Shown here piece by piece: positions 1-12,094 of a stretch of 64,000 bases of DNA. Under the pieces are notes generated by a model. It worked only from the letters and a program-made list of their open reading frames with translations. It was not told the origin of the DNA and made no database searches. The first letter of the stretch is position 1, and the number at the start of each line of letters is the position of its first letter. The position numbers and the translations under genes were made by a program. The stretch lies in NCBI GenBank assembly GCA_964252035.1, contig OZ176203.1, one strand, 5' to 3'. Source of the stretch: Podarcis erhardii (lineage: Eukaryota).

Positions 1-6
1 TAATTA

Positions 7-266
7 CCGTATTTTTTGCTCTATAAGACTCTCTTTTTCCCTCCCAAAAAGTAAGGGGAAATGTGTGTGCATCTTATGGAGCGAATGCAGGCTGCGCAGC
101 TATCCCATAAGCCAGAACAGCAAGAGGGATTGCTGCTTTCACTGTGCAGCGATCTCTCTTGCTGTTCTGGCTTCTGAGATTCAGAATATTATTTTTTCTT
201 GTTTTCCTCCTCCAAAAACTAGGTGCATCTTATGGTCTGGTGCATCTTATAGAGCGAAAAATACAG
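7..266. mobile_element. Non-autonomous Tc1/mariner-superfamily MITE
   Basis: Terminal inverted repeats (TIRs) CCGTATTTTTTGCTCTATAAGA ... TCTTATAGAGCGAAAAATACAG. TA on both sides (5-6, 267-268). Internal hairpin AGCCAGAACAGCAAGAG...CTCTTGCTGTTCTGGCT. Confidence 0.85.
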
Positions 267-439
267 TAGTTCCCTCTTTACTGTGTTGGTTCTGGGTCTG
301 GCATGCTACATCATCCTATTATCTTTAGCCTTCAAGGTTAGTTGATGTCAGTCACACAGCAAGCCTTCCTGTACACACTTCCACTGGTGTCTCCTCACAA
401 CTACTGATTCTGTTAGCTCAGTATCTGAAACCATAGTAT

Positions 440-1010
440 GAAAACAACACACCTTTCTTCTTGCCATGCCCTGCAGTGATTTTCAGTGACTATCTGTGGC
501 TTGGACCCAAGAACTGCATCCCTTACTTGGACACAATTCTGAAGTACAGCAGAGCCATGAACATCTGGATGCATCATGTCACAACTGGTGGAAGCCACTT
601 AGGAGGTCTTCACCAAACAGGTCCAGAGTGTGGTGAATGTGTCTTTACACAATGGACTGGTGCCTGCTGCCCACCCATGAGGAAGCCCACCCTGGACACT
701 ATAAGAACTAGTGCCCAGTTCCATAAGATGGTTGAGAGGGTGGGAGCCAAACAATTGCAGGTGTTCCTGAAGAGCACTAATATTTGGGTGTGGTTTGGGG
801 ACTGAATCACCATGATGACTGGTATTGAGAGAGTGACTGGGTGAGTGTGACTCTGCTTCTCAATCTCTCAGCAACTTTGGGTAACATTTACTATGGTATC
901 CTCCTCAGCAGCTCTGTGAGATGGGTACTGGGGAGCGCATTGTTTTACAGTTGTTCCACTCCTACTTACAGGGTCACGTGTATTGGGAATTTGTGTTTCG
1001 GCTCCATGAT
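440..1010 (+). mobile_element. Degraded L2-clade LINE reverse-transcriptase fragment
   Basis: Frames read KPTLD..., KMVERVGAKQLQVFL and VTLLLNLSATLGNIYYGILL. These are decayed versions of the L2 RT motifs KVIERVVA.QLQ.FL and LLDLSAAFDTIDH.ILL, with many frameshifts. Confidence 0.7.
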
Positions 1011-1020
1011 ATTTGTGATA

Positions 1021-1246
1021 AAGTGGTACCTCGGGTTAAGAACTTAATTCGTTCTGAAGGTCTGTTCTTAACCTGAAACTGTTCTTAACCTGAGGTACCA
1101 CTTTAGCTAATGGGGCCTCCCGCTACCACCGTGCCACCACTGCACGATTTCTGTTCTCATCCTGAAGCAAAGTTCTTAACCCGAGGTACTATTTCTGGGT
1201 TAGCGGAGTCTGTAACCTGAAGCGTCTGTATCCCGAGGTATCACTG
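1021..1246 (-). mobile_element. Tigger-like (TcMar) MITE, family A
   Basis: Ends (C)AGTGGTACCTCGGGTTA ... CCCGAGGTATCACTG, TA flanks. Same family as the copies at 13382, 16913, 27865, 30025 and 40443. Confidence 0.9.
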
Positions 1247-3343
1247 TATAGTGCACCACAGGGTGCAGTCTTGTCTTCACTGATTTTTAACATCTATATG
1301 AAGCCACTTTGCGCAGTTAGGAATTTGAAGTCAAATGAAACCAATTAAGCTTAAGTTTCAGGGCCCAGAAGTGTCCCAGAAGTGACTTTAGTCCACCTTG
1401 CTTCCAAATTTTGCTTTAAAAATGTATCATGCATTTCCCTAATTTTCATCCCCCTATAACTCAAAAACTAGGGATAGGGGTTTTTTTGTTCACACCAGTG
1501 ACTTTGACATGTGAGATAATTCAGAACAGCAATTTTAATCAAGATTTGAGATGTAGGAGCTATTTAAAAATAAATAAATGTGGAGTTCTGTCATGGAACA
1601 ACCCTGTTGAAGATGGTAAGAGTGGTTACCCCTACCTTGTTGCTGGTTGCAAAACTGCCCCCATATCAGTTCCAGCTGCAGGGTCCCCAAAATGTAGGTC
1701 CGCCACTGAACCTGAATGACTAAGGATTGTTTCAATTTGGTTGGGTGCTTCTTTATGCTTAATTTATTGTCCATGACTACTTTTGTAATTATGTGTGTTC
1801 CTTTTCGTGTGGTAAGCTGCCTTGAGCATGGTTTTTAACTATGGAAAGGTGGCATACAGATAAAATGTTGTATACAGATTCTGATCTTTCCCAGACAGAA
1901 AGAAGCATAGCAGTAAACCTTTTCCTTGTGAGAGAGGCCTTGCAAAATCTGACTGAAAATAGAGAAAATTGCAACCTGTCAGATGGTTACTTAGCTTTTC
2001 ACATGCTTGTCATATAATGAAAATGTCACGCCATCTATCATCCCTTCGTTCTTACCTTGGGTAGAGGACATGCTTAGTAAACCCATAATGTGTAAAAGGA
2101 AAAAGGCAGGGGAGCTACCAGTTCTTAGCAGAATTACTTTGATAGGCACCAAATGGAGGTGTTGATTTTAGTTTTGCAGAGAAATGCAGTCAGAACACGT
2201 AGTGCTGGGCATCAGAAGGTCAGATCACATGTGGCTATCTGTAGCATTTCAATTTCCTTCGTTCTGTTTCAATTTAAATCTCCTGCTTAATTTGAGCCTC
2301 CTCATTATTTCAGGTTTGATTGGGCTCTCTGTCGATGCTTGTGGGGTGTTTTACTGATAATAAGGACATATTTCAGGTAAATTTAGAGTAAGATGCAATA
2401 CAGTAAATCATTAGTTACGCCATTATGGCCAAAACCCAAATTAACTAGATCTTGGAGAGAGCATTATTTTTTAACAATAACAGTTTCCCCAGACCTTTCC
2501 CCAAAGTAAGATTTATTGCCAAGGTAGTAGGACAGCCACTTTTATGGGACTAGAATTTCAACAGCAAATGAAGCGCAGTCAGGAAGCATCTACCATAATG
2601 AACAAAATATACAAGTTTCCCTGTAAAAAGACTTTTATGTGTCATGCCTGCGTCTCTGGGTCATTGCAGCAGAAGGGGTCAAGTTGCATGTCCTGTATTT
2701 ATAGGTTTTCTCTTGTGGGGCAAATATAATTGGGGTGGGGTGGGCAGTTTAGATCTGGAAAGCGGCATTCAGAGATAGGCTTAGCTCCTTTACCCATTGC
2801 TGTGGCCTTGATGTGACTCAATGCTGTGGACATGATCTGATGAAAGGTTAAAAACCTCAGAAGATCTGATCATCCATATCTCCCATCATGTTAGCCATTT
2901 TGCCCTAGCCTTGCCAGCTACTGCTGCCACCACGTACCCTGTGCTATTTTTCTAGAAAAAGAGGTGCCAGAACTCACCTTGTTCTCTGGTAATGGTAATG
3001 GCCTCCACCTGCAAAAGAGTCCTGCATGCACCACTGCCATGCAGCCGCCCTGATAAACATGCATTTGATATTCATCAGAAAGTATTCTCCATGCATACAG
3101 AGATGTGCATGGATCATTCCTACACATCAGGTGAGGATTCTAGCCAATCAGGATCCCTTCTCTCAAGTAGGAGTTTTCTATGCATACATCTGTACGTGTG
3201 GAGACACTTTTTCCAAAATGAACATCAAATAGACATCCAGCAAGGGAACATGGCAGTGGCCAATGGGAATGGCAGTAGGCAGGACTAGCCTAAACACCTC
3301 TGCGATCCCCTCTGTAGGTTCACATTAAAAGAGGCAGTCTGAG

Positions 3344-3596
3344 AGCCAGTGTGGTGTAGTGGTTAAGAGTGGTAGTCTCATAATCTGGGGAACCGGGTTC
3401 GCGTCTCCGCTCCTCCACATGCAGCTGCTGGGTGACCTTGGGCCAGTCACACTTCTTTGAAGTCTCTCAGCCCCACTCACCTCACAGAGTGTTTGTTGTG
3501 GGGGAGGAAGGGAAAGGAGATTGTTAGCCGCTTTGAGACTCCTGAAGGGGAGTGAAAGGCGGGATATCAAATCCAAACTCTTCTTCTCTTCTTCTT
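3344..3596 (+). mobile_element. tRNA-derived SINE (Squam2/Anolis-SINE2-like) with (CTT)n tail
   Basis: A box TGGTGTAGTGG, B-box-like GGTTCGCGTCTCC, about 250 bp, CTT tail. Near-identical copies at 22190 and 61346. Inserted in an L2 remnant (GAGGCAGTCTGAG | GTATTGCGCTCCTGAGCC). Confidence 0.85.
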
Positions 3597-4756
3597 GAGG
3601 TATTGCGCTCCTGAGCCGTCTTCCATTGCCTCTTTCTATTTTAGCCTGATCTGATGACTTGGAACTCCACAGTGGCATCCACAAAATGAAGTATAAAGAT
3701 CCCTCTGCTAGAAATATGGCGCAATATGTGCCATTGCACTGGTTTAATAGGAACAGAAAACCACCTTGTACTGAATAAAATCACTGATCTGTCTTGGTAT
3801 TAACTATGCTAAGTGGCAGTGGCTGGTATCAGGCTTGAATCTTTCCCAGCTCTACCTGGGAAATTACCAGAAATTGAACCTTGGAATTTTTGCATGCAAC
3901 TCATGAGTTATGCCACTGAGCTACAGCCAGTCCCCACCATCTGAGCACCCGTGGTCAACGTTTAATTTCATTCATGCTACTTGCATTTCTGTCTATGGCA
4001 AGTCAAGGAGAGTTTCTTTTGAGTACACATGTATCTTATACAGGCTTATTTATATGAATGGCTAGGAGTCACACAATATATATATATGGACAAATTTATG
4101 AACAAGGATGCATCCTTCTAATCTGCATTAGTTAACTGAAATAATCACCACACCCTCAGGTTTGTTGTTGTTGCTTTTCTTACTATGATGTCGACTTGTA
4201 TCTTGCCCTTCCTCTTGAATGATCCCAGTGTGGCAACATAGGTTAAAAACCCTCCTTCAGCCATAAACAAACATCAAAAGGCAAAATGACACCCACCAGT
4301 TTGCCATCGTGATTGTGAAAATGACAGGATATTTAAAGGGTTCAACAGTAGCTAATGCATGCTAAGTGATCTTGAGAATGCTCCCTTAGATAAGTAAGAA
4401 AGCTATTTAAATATGATTACAGTGACAGAGGAAGCCTGGTTGACATGTCATACAGTACAGAAAAGTGGAGGGGGTTTTTTGTTAAAATTATCCATTTCAT
4501 TGTGAAGGAACACCATAGTAAATAAGTTATTGATTATTATTTTCAAGCAGCTATTATTCCCCTCTTGCTTTCTGCTGATGAATGAACTCATTTATCCCTG
4601 CAGAAAGCACTTACATTTCAGTTTCCTATAGAAAAAAGGGGAAAAGCATAGGGAAGCAATCTAAACATTAGTCACACAGACAAAACAGCTGCCTAGATAG
4701 GCATTACTGTTAATTCATGAGGTCCCTTCTGATTTATTTAGAATATGTTTGTTTGT

Positions 4757-4782
4757 TTGTGTGTGTGTGTGTGTGTGTGTGT
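4757..4782. repeat. (GT)n microsatellite
   Basis: Read directly. Confidence 0.95.
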
Positions 4783-5145
4783 CCGTGTATCCTGACAGCT
4801 AATACCGCCTATGATTTGAAATCATTTTCAATGGCAGCATTTGAAAAGACTCAATATATGATATTCACGGTTCATTAGAATTTGTCTTACAAAATCCAGA
4901 TAGTGTAACTGAAAGAATTATCTATGGCCAATCTTGACGCCTGCATTTCTGTGGCACTTGGCGTTGTTATTTATTTACTATATTTGTCAATCAGCGGTTT
5001 GCAAGATTATAGAAAACACACTGCAAATCAATCCTCTAAAAAGTGAATTCATTCTATTCTTAATGTGTAACGCGGAGTTAGACAGCAACCAAAAGCACGG
5101 CCTTGCATTCACTGCACTAAATAGAATTATAGAGAAATAGCTATA

Positions 5146-5147
5146 GA

Positions 5148-5181
<34 letters not shown>
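5146..5181. repeat. (AC)n microsatellite
   Basis: Read directly. Confidence 0.95.
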
Positions 5182-5183
<2 letters not shown>

Positions 5184-6044
5184 AATTGAAGAAACATATA
5201 CTGAAACACACATCCAAATACTTAATATATTTTTTTAGTCTACGATGTTTTTGGTCATTAAAACCAATGTGTGCTCCAAACAATCAACAACAGGATAAAG
5301 CAGAGCAAGGGGATGTCTGGGTTTGTTCTACTGTAAGGCAAGGAGGAGTTTTAAGGAAAAAATATGAAGCCAAAATGATACCACCAAGCTATCCGTAACC
5401 ACACCCAATGCAGAAAGGAGGCAAAACTATCTCACAGTCCGAAGCCAGTTAAAAATATGGCTGTTACCAAGTGCCTGGAGCCAAGCACTAGGGAGATAAG
5501 AGTAGAAGTGGGACACTCTATTACTATTTCCGTCTCACAGATCAGGATCTGACAGATGTGCAGCCTGATAGCTGTTGCTTTCATCTCCCACATGCACATC
5601 CTTAGAGAGAGGGGATGCTAGTGGAGACGGAAAGCTGGTTGGACTGCAGAGGTAGAAAAAAGCGTTGTGGTCTATGAGGATTGTATTCCAATGAGATTCA
5701 AAATTTGTGTCAAGGAAGAGCCCAGAACCTGCTTGCAGTGCCTGTTTGTCAAAGAAGCCCACCCAAATGAGGAGATGTACTTGGAAGTCCACCTCATCTA
5801 ATAATTAGATTCTGGCTCTGAGCACCCATGATGTCTCTGAACTTTCCTGCTAGCCTGTGCTTTTCAACCTGCTCTTTATAATCCCATGGCTAGAAAAAAT
5901 ATATATCCTTATGCAGTCATGAAAATACTTGATACTATATGATGATGTCACGTTTGAATGAGTAGGAGATATAAAAGGTATGGCCAATGCTATCCCTATT
6001 GGCTCAAGCATCTGTGCCAGCATAGCCCAGGTCACCAAAGGCAT

Positions 6045-6230
6045 CCGACCTGGGAGAGCGGAGTTCGAATGCCCACTTAGCTATGATGCTCACTGGGCCA
6101 GTCACCCTCTCGTAGCCTAATCTATCTCACAAGGCTGTTGGGTAGATGGAATGCAGAAGAGAACCCTACCTTGAGATTCTTGGAAGATAAAGGTGGTATA
6201 TAAATGTAAGAAATATGAATAAATAAATAA
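6045..6230 (+). mobile_element. Old tRNA-derived SINE remnant with A-rich (AATA)n tail
   Basis: B-box-like GGAGTTCGAATGCC, core CACTGGGCCAGTCAC...CTATCTCACAAGGCTGTTG, tail ATAAATAAATA. Confidence 0.5.
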
Positions 6231-6387
6231 ACAGGCCGCTATTACTATAAGGTGACCAAAACAGGCATTATGGCTCAGCTGTAGTTTTAACCTTTACTCC
6301 CAATGAAGCTCTGGATGGCAGATTAGATTATTTTTAATAATAATAATAATAAAGGAATGTCATTTATTGAACAGTACCTTGGCTCCT

Positions 6388-6739
6388 AGGGTCCTAGGGT
6401 GGCGCTGTGGGTTAAACCACAGAGCGTAGGACTTGCCGAACAGAAGGTTGGCGGTTCGAATCCCTGCAACGGGGTGAGCTCCCGTTGCTCGGTCCCTGCT
6501 CCTGACCACCTAGGAGTTCAAAAGCACATCAAAGTGCAAGTAGATATATAGGCAGCGCTCTGGTGGGAAGGTAAACGGCGTTTCCGTGTGCTGCTCTGGT
6601 TCGCCAGAAGCGGCTTAGTCATGCTGGCCACATGACCCGGAAGCTGTACACCGGCTCCCTCGGCCAATAAAGCGAGATGAGCGCCGCAACCCCAGAGTCG
6701 GCCACGACTGGACCTAATGGTCAGGGGTCCCTTTACCTT
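6388..6739 (+). mobile_element. Sauria SINE (Squam1; BovB/RTE-mobilised)
   Basis: A box GGTGGCGCTGTGG, B box GGTTCGAATCCC, (ACCTTT)n tail, 13-bp TSD TACCTTGGCTCCT. Confidence 0.95.
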
Positions 6740-6854
6740 TACCTTGGCTCCTGAGCAATAACTTCTAAGTTCTCATGCACATACATTTTCAGCGGTATAG
6801 TTACCAGGGATAGGTGTTTCCACTGCTAAATGAGCACTCTAGAAGTTGAGAGTA

Positions 6855-7032
6855 CTGTGGTACCTTGGTTCCTGAACAGCTTGGCTCCCAAACAAATTGG
6901 CTCCTGGACACAGCAAACCTGGAAGTGAACGTTTTTCAGAAGCCGGCGCGGCTTCCGCGGCTTCCAATTGAGTGCAGGAAGCTCCTGCAGCCAATCAGAA
7001 GCTGTTCAAGTTCGAGAACCAAGATACCACTG
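6855..7032. mobile_element. Tigger-like MITE, family B
   Basis: Ends CTGTGGTACCTTGGTT ... AACCAAGATACCACTG, TA flanks. Interior resembles the copy at 38185. Confidence 0.75.
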
Positions 7033-7629
7033 TAATGAAGAATAGGAAGGCGAAAGAAGGAGTAAAGCCTAAACAGCAGATGTGTCATTTTGTTGCAGTT
7101 GCTTGCACAGTCACCCCTTGCCCCATAGCATCTTGACCAAAAGGTGCTGATTTCTGCTAAGCTCTAATACTCTAACAGGGGGTCAGGCTTCATTCTTTCA
7201 CACTGTTTGTGATCTTGACCAGAGATCCATGGATGATCAGGGAACTGTTAGTCCTGTAACACCAGTGACTGGTATGTAATGATCTTAGGGGGCTCTTCCG
7301 CATTGAGGTCACACTTGCTGGGCCCTAGTTGGATGCTGTTCCTTGTAGTTGCAGTGAGATCAGGCTTCTCAGGCTTTGATGTCTGTCTTTGGCCGGTTTC
7401 TGATAGCAAGCTTTGTGATGAAGCTAACATTGCCTGCAGCTTCTTTCCTGGTAGAGGAACTTTCATTTCTAAGCTAGACGATCATTCCTCACTTACACCG
7501 AAGACATTAAAGAGTGTTGTGTATTTGTGGACAATGTTGCAGAAACGTGGGCATCCAGATGTCTATAGGAAGTCGCAAGGAGGGCATGCTGGCAAATGCC
7601 CTTTTCTGCCCATATGGTCTGATGACTGG

Positions 7630-8202
7630 TGTGATGGCCTGGGAATCCGATTCAGAGGCTGAACCAGAGGAATCCCAGCCTGCACAGGAGTCCCCGCCTC
7701 CAGGGCCGGCTGAACTGGGGCAGGGCCTTGATTCTGAAGCGCCTGCACCTGTGCCGGATCCTCAGGAGCAGGCACCAGGTGAATCCACTCTGGCTCCAGA
7801 AGTGGTTGAGGACTCAGTGCCTGCAGGTGAGTCTCCCCCTGGGCCCAGTAACCCTTTAGCCTCTCCTGAACTGCAGAGGCTCAGGGCAGAGAGGCGAAGG
7901 GAACTGGTTTCTCCCAGGAGGAGTGCTCGCCTTAAGGCAAGGAGAGACGGGTCTCCTGGGGGCCGGGGCCGCCCCTGGCCTCAGAGAAGATAAAGGCCAG
8001 TCAGCCCGGTCCCAGGTTGCGGGAGCAACGTCGATGAAGAGCTGTTTTGGCCAGCATCCAGTCCTGTTCCCCCAGTGTTCCTGTCCCCGCCCGGCTTCCT
8101 GCTTTGGACCTCGCCCCGCTCCTTCGGAACTGTTTCCAGGCTATTGACCCAGGACCGGACTTTGACTACGCCAGCGGTAACCTTCCCCCTGGGACCAGCA
8201 CA
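7630..8202 (+). mobile_element. Solo LTR, probably Gypsy-type
   Basis: TG(TGATGG)...(CAGCA)CA termini. 5-bp TSD with one mismatch (ACTGG/ATTGG). TATA-like GATAAA at 7989. GC-rich, sharply bounded. Confidence 0.75.
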
Positions 8203-10058
8203 ATTGGCATGCTGCCTCTGGTCTTTGAGTTAATATGCACGCAGCATGAGTAGGAACCACTGATAGGCCTAGGCCCCATCAATTAGGAGTGTCTTTGGCC
8301 ACCAGCAGAAGGCAACATGACCCCTCATGCCCTAGCCCCTAGCAAAATGCCTTCCCACCCTCCCACATACAATCCCCAGAAAAGAACCACAGATGCACAC
8401 TGCAGATCTTTCAGCAAAACAAACATTTTCCAGTGAAACACATAATTGCCAACTACTACTCTCATTACTTAATATTTTCATGTAGATGTCACATCAAGAA
8501 AGAGATCCAACAATAGCATACAAGCATGTAATGTAAATAGTTTTGAACTGATGGGTTTCACGGCCACATGGTATTCTGGTTTCATCCCCTCCCTTAAACA
8601 GATGGTATCTTTGCTGTGTTGTTGTGACACTTTGTGTTGCTGCCGGCTGATGACTCACTAGAGTAAAGTCCCAGGATGCTCAATACTAGAAAATAAGAGT
8701 GTTTGGTGTTCTTTGCTACATCTAATTTTCCAACAGAATTTCGACAGATGTGACAATTTCACTGAAATCTTGTCAAAATAACATCAACACATTGACAAAT
8801 TAAATCTGGCTCATTTTCATCCCCTCGGTACTGCAGTGCTTCATCTGCCATAACTGGGGATTTTATATCAGTGTCATCCTTGACAACTTGATCATTTCGG
8901 ATGGCAGATTATCAATTTGTTTCCCCTTCCTGATGGCTTGCTTTGCGGTCTCTATGCTACTCTCCCTCGTATCTTTTTCAAATAATTATAACCCAAGAAA
9001 GAATGCTTGGAACTGATCCCACATTGTTCAGGGATGAAAGAAAAGCATAACTCCCATAGCTCTCTGGGAGAGGTCAAACAACTAGCTTTAGCAACCAACT
9101 GAGTGAGTTCTATATCTGTTCTGCTGGCTGTCTAAGGTTGCAATCCAATACACACTTTCCCATTGAACAAAGTGGGACTTAATGCTGAGAAAACACACGT
9201 AGAATTGTGCTAAGTCTGTACTTCTAGGAACTCTTATTTGAGACTGAAGTTCCATTGAATTCAACTCATAATTGCGCTGTGTATCAGGTTCTAGAGTGAA
9301 ACATGTAACAATTCATCATGTAATGGCACCGTTGTATTAGACAATAAGAGTTACTTATTCAACCATACTTAGTTTGATCTCAGCATCAAATCAAATATGG
9401 TACATAATCATAAACTCAGTGCCATGTGGTATATATTGCTTTGCTTATATTCCAAAACAAGGATGGGTCTATGGGGTGTTAGGGGAGGGGTAGCAAGTCT
9501 GGTGGGGGACATGTCATGATTTTTCTGGGATATTTTGTCCACCTTTGGTCACACTTGTGGCTCCTAGAAGCTATCAGCTTCTGACAGAGACCACACCCTG
9601 GGAAATGGCATCGACTAGCTGTCAGGTGAGGGTAGCTGATGGATCTCAAATGCTTAGTGAGTTAGGGACTTCTCCTGCATATAAGAACACGCTCCATTGA
9701 ATTGAGCGGATGAGACCAATAGTGGGTCCAACATTCAAGAAGGTGATTACTGCACATGCTGTAGAAGGAAATGAGGAGCACCTGGGAAGGTGGCCCATCT
9801 AGGAGAAGGAAAACTCTGATCCAAATTCTCCGTCGCCTTGTGGCTATATTTATTCATGAGAAAGGTTTCAGGAGTAAACCCCAAAGAGAGTTGCATTTTC
9901 AGCTGAATTTGGGGAAACCACTTAAAGCATCCATTGTGCTGAGCTATTTCAAGGGTGTTTGTTTGATTTGCTCATTGCAAACAGCTGAAAGTCTGTACAT
10001 TATGATAATAAACCTGATTTGCAATGGGGGCTGAATAATTTCGATTGCAACTCTACGT

Positions 10059-11060
10059 TGGGGTTATAACTTTTTTCCAACCACATGTTCCTATAGCTTA
10101 GTTAGGTGAAGTTTTCCCCTAAAAACAAAGGAATGAGCTGTCATTTCCAAGTCTTTTGAAAAAAGTTCACCCCGAAATCATTATGTAATATGTATAATAT
10201 GTATAATATGTATAATATGTATTTCCTGTATTATAATACAGGAAAAATAGAGCTTGGAAATTTTCTACTAGTAGTGTAATATTATTGATTACTAGTGTAT
10301 TACTAGTATAATATTTTGTATATTGTATATCACTTCCTATTGTTTAGAATAAACTGAGGTTGCAGTTTGTCTTTCTTTCTGCTGCAAGCACCATAAAGTT
10401 CCCACATAACTTTGATTCCATGTTCTGAGCACTGATTATTTTTCGGTATCTGCAGTTATGGATGGCTCCTGCTTCCAGTGATTCTCCAATGCTTTTATAA
10501 CTTCTTTTACAGCTGTAAAAGTTCTAAACAATTCCATAAAGTTTTTAAAAGTGCTAATACTTAATGAATAGTAACGTTACATATATGGTGATTCCAGCTT
10601 TTCATTTCGTGGTGACCTGTTTTCATAACTGAGAAGAAATACTCCCTTTTTCAGTGTTTCTAAGCAGTAGTTCATCCTTTTATGATACAGGAATTTTATT
10701 TTATTTTTAATAATAATTTTTATTAGTTTTCCATTGCAATCCAACAATAGCCTATTTATAATACAACTATTAATACTAATCGCTCAAATACCAAATTATA
10801 TAATTTTGATAAAGTGGCCCCCCGCGTGCTAGAATTGATGGCTTGATTATTTGCTTTATTTCTGCATTCCAAAATCTTATTAATTTCCATTACATTCCAG
10901 TCATATTAATAATCCCTTATATAACAACTGCATTATTAATAACTTCTATTCGTGTTGACACATTAAATGATTTATAAAACTACAAGTGAGGAACTCAAAC
11001 TATATCCTTGTTCTTTCATTGTGTGGATTTATTTATTTTTAAGTCAAAAAGTTATAACCC
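10059..11060 (-). mobile_element. Degraded DNA transposon with transposase C-terminal relic (hATm-like by recollection)
   Basis: Inverted ends GGGTTATAACTTTTT / AAAAAGTTATAACCC. The minus strand from about 10520 to 10330 reads ...KEVIKALENHWKQEPSITAD/(frameshift)NNQCSEHGIKVMWELYGACSRKKDKLQPQFILNNRK*. Confidence 0.5.
10692..11010 (-). mobile_element. Probable L1-type LINE 3' UTR fragment nested in the above
   Basis: Starts with a T-rich tract ATTTTATTTTATTTTTAATAATAATTTTTATT (minus-strand tail), then an AT-rich body like the L1 3' end at 28319. Confidence 0.35.
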
Positions 11061-12094
11061 TTATAGACCTGTTTTCAAGCTGTAAGCAACCTCATCAGTA
11101 CCATTCACTGCACACTTACTGCATAGATAAACACCAGACTTAGAATGGCTTCAACAGTTATTCCATCTTCCATGAGAGCTGTAACAGGGTGAGGTATCTC
11201 TCACAGGCAACTCTTAGAACTATCACCCTGCAACACTTCCCAGAAAACTGTAGTAGAATACATGGGAATTAAACTGGTATGTGGTTTTTCAATCAGCTTG
11301 AGAGGCAATAGCCCCAGTCTAACAAAAGAGCTGCTTCTGCACAGTTTTCCTTGTTGGACCAGTAGCTGCGTACCCAGGGCATTTCCACGCAAATGGCTTA
11401 CATCTGCTTGGGCCTCATTCAGCTCTGAATACCAAATGTGCCTTGGCAAGAATTCACCTCCCTCCACTCTCTCTGCCACATAAACAACACCACACTTAAA
11501 CATAAATAGTGCAAGACAGGCTCAAGGGTGGTTTATGACCCTTGATGCTTGGAAAGAGCCACATTACAATGCACTGATGCAAGAGGATGGTTATGAAATC
11601 TAACTCAACCAGATTGTGCCTTGGATTTTGCAGTTCCATATTTTCCAGCACGGTTTCCAGATTAGAACTTGGCAAGGCGAATTCCAGAGGAGTATTTTTT
11701 AAAAAATTTGCCCGGCGGCAAACTAAACTGCTAAAGGTTTGAAAGAATGGTTTTCTTCTGTTTTAAAGAAAATGTTACAGATGTGCAATGGTGAAATGAT
11801 TTATTATTCATAATAATGATCTATATCCCACCTTGGAAGATACAAATCCATCTAAGATAACTTACAAGTAAAATCAAAACACAGTAATAAAATATTGGCA
11901 CATAACAAGTCAGCAGAATCTTTCCCACAATGCAGTTGGTGTACGCTGGCTCAGAGGGAAGAGGACAGTTCAAAAGGAGCCAGCATCTGGTGTTCTATAT
12001 CCCTGCCTCCTTTGCCTCTTCCCCCCCCACAGGGATATGTTGGAAAATGGTCCCAGGGCAATGGGATAGTTCAGCAGGAACAGATACCTTATAC

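Noticed and set aside
3344-3420. tRNA genes at SINE heads
   Set aside because: The A and B boxes run straight into SINE bodies and no full cloverleaf forms. The same applies to all the Sauria and Squam2-like copies.
7279-7629. Stop-free frame interrupted by the LTR, possible pseudogene or hAT fragment
   Set aside because: No recognisable homology on either strand, and the frame closes soon after the LTR is removed.
11201-11503. 100-aa minus-strand ORF, and similar 60-130 aa ORFs such as 5535-5792, 23693-24013 and 31839-32171
   Set aside because: No splice-bounded structure or recognisable protein. The lengths are what chance gives in 64 kb.
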